A DNA stretch of 64,000 bases from Octopus vulgaris (taxonomy: Eukaryota): positions 12,276,001 through 12,340,000 of the forward strand of contig OX597837.1 of NCBI GenBank assembly GCA_951406725.2, written 5' to 3'. A program made the position numbers and the translations under genes. The notes beneath the pieces are model-generated. The model did no database searches. It was not told the DNA's origin and was given only the letters and a program-made list of their open reading frames with translations. Positions 54,584 through 64,000 of the stretch are shown here, piece by piece. Position 1 is the first letter of the stretch. Each line of letters begins with the position of its first letter.

Positions 54584-54988
54584 AGGCGCAGGAGTGGCTG
54601 TGTGGTAAGTAGCTTGCTAACCAACCACATGGTTCCGGGTTCAGTCCCACTGCGTGGCATCTTGGGCAAGTGTCTTCTGCTATAGCCCCGGGCTGACCAA
54701 TTCCTTGTGAGTGGATTTGGTAGACGGAAACTGAAAGAAGCCTGTCGTGTATATGTATATATATTATCATGTGTGTGTTTGTGTCTGTGTTTGTCCCCCT
54801 GGTATAGCTTGACAACCGATGCTGATGTGTTTACGTCCCTGTTACTTAGCGGTTCGGCATAAGAGGTCGTTAGAGTAAGTACTGGGCTTACAAAAAGAAT
54901 AAGTCCTGGGGTCGATTTGCTCGACTAAAGGCGGTGCTCCAGCATGGCCGCAGTCAAATAACTGAAACAAGTAAAAGAGAGAGAGAGA
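54584..54988 (+). mobile_element. SINE family A inside satellite monomer
   Basis: Collinear with 4103-4509; same junctions as 56006 and 61248. Confidence 0.9.
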
Positions 54989-56005
54989 GTCTATTGACTA
55001 ATTTTTTTTTTACGCTGAGCCAGTGGTAGTAAAATATTCTAGAATTTTTATTACCCTGATATTATAAATTATGTATAATAATTTCTGGTAGATTCGTTCG
55101 AAGGTTTTGCCGGCGATTTGCTGCTGCCGACAAAAAAAGACTGCGATTGCGCACTGGATTTGAAAATATTTAACATATACGAGCAATGAGACGCAAGCTG
55201 GATTGGTCTCGTTGTATGCGTATTCAATATATGGTGTCCCTCTTGATAACCACTTTGCGTCGTGAATAATAATTTTTATTTGCTAAAATAGGTCAGTAAC
55301 CACGATCCAAGAATCAGATGGTAATTGTTTTCATTTCTTAATTCCCTTCGAGAATTTATCCCTAATTTGTGATTTGTTTTTATTTTTTAATTCCCTTCGA
55401 GAATTTATCCCTAATTTGTGGTTTGTTTTTAGTTTTTAATTCCCTTCGAGAATTTATCCCTAATTTGTGGTTTGTTTTCATTTTTTAATTCCCTTCAAGA
55501 ATTTATCCCTAATTAGTGATTTGGAAATTGACTGTTATTTCTAGCGTAACGGATTCCTATGAATAATATATTGTCTATTGACTAATTTTTTTTACGCAGG
55601 GACAGTAGCAGTAAATATTTCTAAAATTTTTATTACCCTGATATTATTAATTATTTATAATAATTTCTGGTAGATTCGTTCGAAGGTTTTGTCGGTGATT
55701 TGCTGCTGCCGACAAAAAAGACTGCGATTGCGCACTGGATTTGAAAATATTTAACATATACGAGCAATGAGACGCATGCTGGATTGGTCTCGTTGTATGC
55801 ATATTCAATATATGGTGTCCCTCTTGATAACCACTTTGCGTCGTGAATAATAATTTTTATTTGCTAAAATAGGTCAGTAACCACGATCCAAGAATCAGAT
55901 GGTAATTGTTTTTATTCTTTAATTCCCTTCGAGAATTTATCCCTAATTAGTGATTTGGAAATTGACTGTTATTTCTAGCGTAACGGATTCCTATGAATAA
56001 TGTAT

Positions 56006-56410
56006 AGGCGCAGGAGTGGCTGTGTGGTAAGTAGCTTGCTAAGCAACCACATGGTTCCGGGTTCAGTCCCACTGCGTGGCATCTTGGGCAAGTGTCTTCT
56101 GCTATAGCCCCGGGCTGACCAATTCCTTGTGAGTGGATTTGGTAGACGGAAACTGAAAGAAGCCTGTCGTGTATATGTATATATATTATCATGTGTGTGT
56201 TTGTGTATGTGCTTGTCCCCCTGGTATAGCTTGACAACCGATGCTGATGTGTTTACGTCCCCGTTACTTAGCGGTTCGGCATAAGAGGTCGTTAGAGTAA
56301 GTACTGGGCTTACAAAAAGAATAAGTCCTGGGGTCGATTTGCTCGACTAAAGGCGGTGCTCCAGCATGGCGGAAGTCAAATAACTGAAACAAGTAAAAGA
56401 GAGAGAGAGA
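56006..56410 (+). mobile_element. SINE family A inside satellite monomer
   Basis: Same insertion site and same diagnostic variants as 54584. Confidence 0.9.
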
Positions 56411-59400
56411 GTCTATTGACTAATTTTTTTTTTACGCTGAGCCAGTGGTAGTAAAATATTCTAGAATTTTTATAACCCTGATATTATAAATTATGTATAA
56501 TAATTTCTGGTAGATTCGTTCGAAGGTTTTGCCGGCAATTTGCTGCTGCCGACAAAAAAGACTGCGATTGCGCACTGGATTTGAAAATATTTAACATATA
56601 CGAGCAATGAGACGCATGCTGGATTGGTCTCGTTGTATGCGTATTCAATATATGGTGTCCCTCTTGATAACCACTTTGCGTCGTGAATAATAATTTTTAT
56701 TTGCTAAAATAGGTCAGTAACCACGATCCAAGAATCAGATGGTAATTGTTTTTATTTTTTAATTCCCTTCGAGAATTTATCCCTAATTTGTGATTTGTTT
56801 TTATTTTTTAATTCCCTTCGAGAATTTATCCCTGATTTGTGGTTTGTTTTCATTTCTTAATTCCCTTCGAGAATTTATCCCTAATTTGTGGTTTGTTTTT
56901 ATTTTTTAATTCCCTTCGAGAATTTATCCCTAATTTGTGGTTTGTTTTTAGTTTTTAATTCCCTTCGAGAATTTATCCCTAATTTGTGGTTTGTTTTCAT
57001 TTTTTAATTCCTTCAAGAATTTATCCCTAATTAGTGATTTGGAAATTGACTGTTATTTCTAGCGTAACGGATTCCTATGAATAATATATTGTCTATTGAC
57101 TAATTTTTTTTACGCAGGGACAGTGGCAGTAAATATTTCTAAAATTTTTATTACCCTGATATTATTAATTATTTATAATAATTTCTGGTAGATTCGTTCG
57201 AAGGTTTTGTCGGTGATTTGCTGCTGCCGACAAAAAAGACTGCGATTGCGCACTGGATTTGAAAATATTTAACATATACGAGCAATGAGACGCATGCTGG
57301 ATTGGTCTCGTTGTATGCGTATTCAATATATGGTGTCCCTCTTGATAACCACTTTGCGTCGTGAATAATAATTTTTATTTGCTAAAATAGGTCAGTAACC
57401 ACGATCCAAGAATCAGATGGTAATTGTTTTTATTTTTTAATTCCCTTCGAGAATTTATCCCTAATTTGTGATTTGTTTTTATTTTTTAATTCCCTTCGAG
57501 AATTTATCCCTAATTTGTGGTTTGTTTTTAGTTTTTAATTCCCTTCGAGAATTTATCCCTAATTTGTGGTTTGTTTTTATTTTTTAATTCCCTTCGAGAA
57601 TTTATCCCTAATTTGTGGTTTGTTTTTAGTTTTTAATTCCCTTCGAGAATTTATCCCTAATTTGTGGTTTGTTTTCATGTTTTAATTCCTTCAAGAATTT
57701 ATCCCTAATTAGTGATTTGGAAATTGACTGTTATTTCTAGCGTAACGGATTCCTATGAATAATATATTGTCTATTGACTAATGTTTTTTACGCAGGGACA
57801 GTGGCAGTAAATATTTCTAAAATTTTTATTACCCTGATATTATTAATTATTTATAATAATTTCTGGTAGATTCGTTCGAAGGTTTTGCCGGCGATTTGCT
57901 GCTGCCGACAAAAAAGACTGCGATTGCGCACTGGATTTGAAAATATTTAACATATACGAGCAATAGCGAGACGCATGCTGGATTGGTCTCGTTGTATGCG
58001 TGCGATTCAATATACGAGCAATGAGGTGTCCCTCTTGATAACCACTTTGCGTCGTGAATAATAATTTTTATTTACTAAAATAGGTCAGTAACCACGATCC
58101 AAGAATCAGATGGTAATTGTTTTCATTTCTTAATTCCCTTCGAGAATTTATCCCTAATTAGTGATTTGGAAATTGACTGTTATTTCTAGCGTAACGGATT
58201 CCTATGAATAATGTATAGGCGCAGTATATTGTGGTATTGCTAACCAACCACATGGTTCCGGGTTTCCCACTGCGTGGCATCTTGGGCAAGTGTCTTCTGC
58301 TATAGCCGGGTAAATACTGTGAGTGGATTTAAAATGAAAAAGCCTGTCGTGTTATGTATATTATTATCTGATATCTTAATTATTTATAATAATTTCTGGT
58401 AGATTCGTTCGAAGGTTTTGCCGGCGATTTGCTGCTGCTGACAAAAAGACTGAAATTGACGCAATGGATATTTGAAAATATTTAACATATACGAGCAATG
58501 AGACGCATGCTGGATTGGTCTCGTTGTATGTATTCAATATATGGTGTCCTCTTGATAACCACTTTGCGTCGTGAATAATAATTTTTATTTGCTAAAATAG
58601 GTCAGTAACCACGATCCAAGAATCAGATGGTAATTGTTTTTATTTTTTAATTCCCTTCGAGAATTTATCCCTAATTTGTGATTTGTTTTTATTTTTTAAT
58701 TCCCTTCGAGAATTTATCCCTAATTTGTGGTTTGTTTTTAGTTTTAATTCCCTTCGAGAATTTATCCCTAATTTGTGGTTTGTTTTTATTTTTTAATTCC
58801 TTCGAGAATTTATCCCTAATTTGTGGTTTGTTTTTTAGTTTTAATTCCCTTCGAGAATTTATCCCTAATTTGTGGTTTGTTTTCATGTTTTAATTCCTTC
58901 AAGAATTTATCCCTAATTAGTGATTTGGAAATTGACTGTTATTTCTAGCGTAACGGATTCCTATGAATAATATATTGTCTATTGACTAATGTTTTTTACG
59001 CAGGGACAGTGGCAGTAAATATTTCTAAAATTTTTATTACCCTGATATTATTAATTATTTATAATAATTTCTGGTAGATTCGTTCGAAGGTTTTGCCGGC
59101 GATTTGCTGCTGCCGACAAAAAAGACTGCGATTGCGCACTGGATTTGAAAATATTTAACATATACGAGCAATGAGACGCATGCTGGATTGGTCTCGTTGT
59201 ATGCGTATTCAATATATGGTGTCCCTCTTGATAACCACTTTGCGTCGTGAATAATAATTTTTATTTGCTAAAATAGGTCAGTAACCACGATCCAAGAATC
59301 AGATGGTAATTGTTTTTATTTTTTAATTCCCTTCGAGAATTTATCCCTAATTTGTGATTTGTTTTTATTTTTTAATTCCTTCGAGAATTTATCCCTAATT

Positions 59401-61247
59401 TGTGGTTTGTTTTTAGTTTTTAATTCTCTTCGAGAATTTATCCCTAATTTGTGGTTTGTTTTTATTTTTTAATTCCCTTCGAGAATTTATCCCTAATTTG
59501 TGGTTTGTTTTTAGTTTTTAATTCCTTCGAGAATTTATCCCTAATTTGTGGTTTGTTTTCATGTTTTAATTCCTTCAAGAATTTATCCCTAATTAGTGAT
59601 TTGGAAATTGACTGTTATTTCTAGCGTAACGGATTCCTATGAATAATATATTGTCTATTGACTAATGTTTTTTACGCAGGGACAGTGGCAGTAAATATTT
59701 CTAAAATTTTTATTACCCTGATATTATTAATTATTTATAATAATTTCTGGTAGATTCGTTCGAAGGTTTTGCCGGCGATTTGCTGCTGCCGACAAAAAAG
59801 ACTGCGATTGCGCACTGGATTTGAAAATATTTAACATATACGAGCAATGAGACGCATGCTGGATTGGTCTCGTTGTATGCGTATTCAAATATATGGTGTC
59901 CCTCTTGATAACCACTTTGCGTCGTGAATAATAATTTTTATTTGCTAAAATAGGTCAGTAACCACGATCCAAGAATCAGATGGTAATTGTTTTTATTTTT
60001 TAATTCCCTTCGAGAATTTATCCCTAATTTGTGATTTGTTTTTATTTTTTAATTCCCTTCGAGAATTTATCCCTAATTTGTGGTTTGTTTTTAGTTTTTT
60101 AATTCCCTTCGAGAATTTATCCCTAATTTATGGTTTGTTTTCATTTTTTAATTCCCTTCAAGAATTTATCCCTAATTAGTGATTTGGAATTGACTGTTAT
60201 TTCTAGCGTAACGGATTCCTATGAATAATATATTGTCTATTGACTAATGTTTTTTACGCAGGGACAGTGGCAGTAAATATTTCTAAAATTTTTATTACCC
60301 TGATATTATTAATTATTTATAATAATTTCTGGTAGATTCGTTCGAAGGTTTTGCCGGCGATTTGCTGCTGCCGACAAAAAAGACTGCGATTGCGCACTGG
60401 ATTTGAAAATATTTAACATATACGAGCAATGAGACGCATGCTGGATTGGTCTCGTTGTATGCGTATTCAAATATATGGTGTCCCTCTTGATAACCACTTT
60501 GCGTCGTGAATAATAATTTTTATTTGCTAAAATAGGTCAGTAACCACGATCCAAGAATCAGATGGTAATTGTTTTTATTTTTTAATTCCCTTCGAGAATT
60601 TATCCCTAATTTGTGATTTGTTTTTATTTTTTAATTCCCTTCGAGAATTTATCCCTAATTTGTGGTTTGTTTTTAGTTTTTAATTCTCTTCTAGAATTTA
60701 TCCCTAATTTGTGGTTTGTTTTCATTTTTTAATTCCCTTCAAGAATTTATCCCTAATTAGTGATTTGGAATTTGACTGTTATTTCTAGCGTAACGGATTC
60801 CTATGAATAATATATTGTCTATTGACTAATGTTTTTTACGCAGGGACAGTGGCAGTAAATATTTCTAAAATTTTTATTACCCTGATATTATTAATTATTT
60901 ATAATAATTTCTGGTAGATTCGTTCGAAGGTTTTGCCGGCGATTTGCTGCTGCCGACAAAAAGACTGCGATTGCGCACTGGATTTGAAAATATTTAACAT
61001 ATACGAGCAATGAGACGCATGCTGGATTGGTCTCGTTGTATGCGTATTCAATATATGGTGTCCCTCTTGATAACCACTTTGCGTCGTGAATAATAATTTT
61101 TATTTGCTAAAATAGGTCAGTAACCACGATCCAAGAATCAGATGGTAATTGTTTTATTTCTTAATTCCCTTCGAGAATTTATCCCTAATTAGTGATTTGG
61201 AAATTGACTGTTATTTCTAGCGTAACGGATTCCTATGAATAATGTAT

Positions 61248-61652
61248 AGGCGCAGGAGTGGCTGTGTGGTAAGTAGCTTGCTAACCAACCACATGGTTCC
61301 GGGTTCAGTCCCACTGCGTGGCATCTTGGGCAAGTGTCTTCTGCTATAGCCCCGGGCTGACCAATTCCTTGTGAGTGGATTTGGTAGACGGAAACTGAAA
61401 GAAGCCTGTCGTGTATATGTATATATATTATCATGTGTGTGTTTGTGTCTGTGTTTGTCCCCCTGGTATAGCTTGACAACCGATGCTGATGTGTTTACGT
61501 CCCCGTTACTTAGCGGTTCGGCATAAGAGGTCGTTAGAGTAAGTACTGGGCTTACAAAAAGAATAAGTCCCGGGGTTGATTTGCTCGACTAAAGGCGGTG
61601 CTCCAGCATGGCCGCAGTCAAATAACTGAAACAAGTAAAAGAGAGAGAGAGA
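61248..61652 (+). mobile_element. SINE family A inside satellite monomer
   Basis: Same insertion site and same diagnostic variants as 54584. Confidence 0.9.
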
Positions 61653-61849
61653 GTCTATTGACTAATTTTTTTTTTACGCTGAGCCAGTGGTAGTAAAATA
61701 TTCTAGAATTTTTATTACCCTGATATTATAAATTATGTATAATAATTTCTGGTAGATTCGTTCGAAGGTTTTGCTGGATTGGTCTCGTTGTATGTATATT
61801 CAATCTATGGTGTCGCTCTTGATAACGACTTCGCCTAGTGAATAATATA

Positions 61850-63191
61850 CACAATGTAACACATGTTTTGCTTATTTGTATTTTTTAATGTTCATATATG
61901 CATTTTTTTTTGCTTCAAATTGAAAAATCACATTCGTTTTGACGTAACATCGATAGTCATTTATTTATTCCTAATTTCATATTTGCTCGTTATATTTGTA
62001 ACTTTTCTCTACAGCACTTTTATGGTTCAATCTATTCTAGTATTGTAAGGATAATTACACAACATTTAGTACTTTTTCATTTATTGAAAAGTATTTAGGA
62101 AGTATAATATTAGTTACAACAAAAAGAAACAATAAAACTCTGCACTGTAAATGCCTTGATAACGTTTTTTTTAACATGGGAAGTGCTTTGACAATCGAGA
62201 TTTTCTAGAGTGTATACCTTCATATCTTCTGACTAGAGACCATATATAATCTCCCATCATAGCAGTATCCCATTGGCCTTGGTTTCTTCTTTTCATTGTT
62301 GTGACGTCATGATTAAATCTCTCACCATGATCTTCACTTAATGGCGTTTCCAGTACACAGATGTCTTGCAGTCTCCCCCAAGTAGATTCCATTCCTTCAA
62401 CCTTCATGAAAGTTCAGCTCCTGACTTAGTAAGACCCAGATCCCTGATTAAATCATCTAGCTCACTCTGATTTGGAAAGTGAGGCTCCGAAGTCGTTCAT
62501 GGTATGAAAGCTTCCTCCAATTCTTGGCTGCTGCTACTTGTTGACTCTTCAGATGAAATATTTTCTGGTGATAGTGATACTCACAAATTGTCAGGTGCTC
62601 TAGATGATGGCATGTCTGGATTCTGAAGAGCTTATCTTCTTTTCACTTTTCTGTACTTTGTCACATCGATCATACAAAAGTAACAGTCATCGTGATGGTT
62701 CTTTGGCTCTGTCCATACCCTTGGAATGGCAAAAGGCATTGACCTTCCTGTACCTCTTAACCATCATTCTAGAGTAGGCTGACAGCTTCCACATATGGGG
62801 GCCCATGGTTTGTCTTGGTCACCCATGGTCATTCCGAAATAGTCTGTACGCTATCCACAATTTAGCACCTTTCACGATCTTATGTAATACCTGCTTTTTT
62901 CCAATATAATAACCACAAACATAGCAAAATGTATCTGGAGAATTTTTACATACTAGAGTAGCCATCTTGAATGTAACACAACTTAGTAATTGGTCTGAAG
63001 GAGAAAATTAGACATACATTTAGTAGCGGAACATTATAACAATACCGAATATATAATATTGAAAATCGACATATTTTATAACTGTTGTTGATACACAAAA
63101 AATAATTTCATTTTTGGAATCAGCGGAAAAAATTGATTGATAAACAATAAAATAAATACAATAAACAAATTTTATTTTTGGTTACGTTGTG
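61850..63191 (-). mobile_element. Internally deleted Chapaev3-type (CMC) DNA transposon
   Basis: Termini cacaatgtaac / gttacgttgtg. Broken minus-strand ORF from ATG 62965: MATLVCKNSPDTFCYVCG...YFGMTMGDQDKPWAP...MPFAIPRVWTEPKNHHDDCYFC...PNQSELDDLIRDLGLTKSGAEL, joined to C-terminal SEDHGERFNHD...QGQW...MMGDYIWSL (stop 62171). Satellite sequence continues on both sides. Confidence 0.8.
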
Positions 63192-63395
63192 TAATTTTTA
63201 TTTACTAAAATAGGTCAGAAACCATTGTCCAGGATTAGATGGTAAATGTTTTTATTTTTCATTCCCGTCGAGAATTTATCTCTAATCAGTGGTTTGGACT
63301 TTAACTGGTTTTTTTTAGCGTAATGGATTCCTATGATGGAAAATCACAGAGAATGAGCAACTTGTACAACCACACACACACACACACGTCATGAC

Positions 63396-63475
63396 TAGTT
63401 ATCTCCCTTGCAAAGCTACATAAAGGTTAAAATCTACAAAATGGCGACAGTCTCACTCCGTTGTGATTAAGAGAG
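63396..63475 (+). promoter_or_regulatory. Conserved non-coding module, third copy
   Basis: tagttatctc...tctacaaaatggcgacagtctcactccgttgtgattaag versus tttataaaatggtgacagactcacttcgtcacgatcaag at 42792. Confidence 0.5.
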
Positions 63476-63819
63476 GAGTACAGTGTGTCTGATCGGACTT
63501 TTTCAGCTCAACATATTTACTAGAACCAAGAAGATTAAAAGGATAAAGATTTTGAGTGAAAAACATTGAATGATTAGTTTATTAGTTTGGAGCAAACTTC
63601 ATTTCTTTCTGCAAAACTGTTCTGTTTATAGCTACGTCAGAAAAAGAAAGAAAACTGCTCGTGTGTGAAAAGTGAAGAGTAATCTGGACATCCCTAGATG
63701 TAAAGCATCGTCTGTATGTTTGCAAACAGAGTGGGTCTTCCTGAATTCTTTCAAGAGCCAAATGGTTAAACTATACAACGATGTTTTATAGTAATTCGAA
63801 CAGAATAGTGTAACTATAT

Positions 63820-64000
63820 CATATTTGTATTTTGCCATACTCTGTTTTCCTGAATAAAAGAAGAATCTTTATTTCCTGACGTAAACTATGTGATATAATG
63901 ATTCCTTTATAGTTTTAAGGTTTTTGTTTTCTATTTCAGGTCGATGGACAGAGACTGAAAACGAAATATACTAAATTTTGACCAAGAAAATCTCAGCAAA
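63820..64000 (+). other. Probable intron 3' end / splice acceptor (AG 63938-63939) and start of the exon of a further SLC17 paralog beyond the window
   Basis: 63820-63947 aligns with 45688-45812 upstream of paralog 5 (tatttgta.tttgccatactc...ttcctgaataaaa...tttatagtttta...tttctatttcag|gtYgatg). Confidence 0.65.

Larger units (their letters stand above)
51796..61849. repeat. Nested macrosatellite: ~436-bp monomer with a variable 49-bp subrepeat and an optional SINE; ~14 units; resumes at 63192-63337
   Basis: Anchor tctggtagattcgttcgaag at ~51861, 52297, 54244, 55084, 55666, 56506, 57184, 57862, 58395, 59070, 59746, 60328, 60910 and 61748. Confidence 0.95.

Noticed and set aside
52331-61200. 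Regular 49-bp repeats resembling a CRISPR array
   Set aside because: The repeats are contiguous with no unique spacers, there are no cas genes, and the context is eukaryotic.
54525-61479. Repeated 96-aa and 62-aa minus-strand ORFs in the satellite
   Set aside because: They are antisense readings of the SINE and the monomer, recurring only because the DNA is repeated.

Overview
AT-rich, microsatellite- and transposon-saturated animal genomic DNA. It is most consistent with an octopus or other coleoid cephalopod (inference from the SINE types, microsatellite load and sialin expansion). The only real protein genes form a head-to-tail tandem cluster of single-coding-exon SLC17/sialin-like MFS transporters on the + strand. 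There are four intact ORFs (19029-20522, 31698-33179, 38982-40460, 46047-47528), one recent frameshifted copy (24965-26452) and one old fragment (~33814-34115). Upstream homology suggests a sixth copy begins just past the window end. The paralogs are near-identical except in cavity-lining helices, and all lack the TM4 acidic residue used for proton coupling in sialin/VGLUT. The rest is repeats: two tRNA-type SINE families, a 5S-rRNA-headed element sharing its 3' tail with a SINE and a CR1/L2-group LINE, R4/Dong-like fragments on (TAA)n, two Helitrons, LTR, hAT, Merlin-like and Chapaev3 relics, several hammerhead-ribozyme-like motifs in Penelope/retrozyme-like elements, foldback palindromes, and a ~10-kb nested macrosatellite (51796-61849). 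Nearly all other ORFs in the track are translated microsatellites. All family names come from motif recognition by eye, with no database search.
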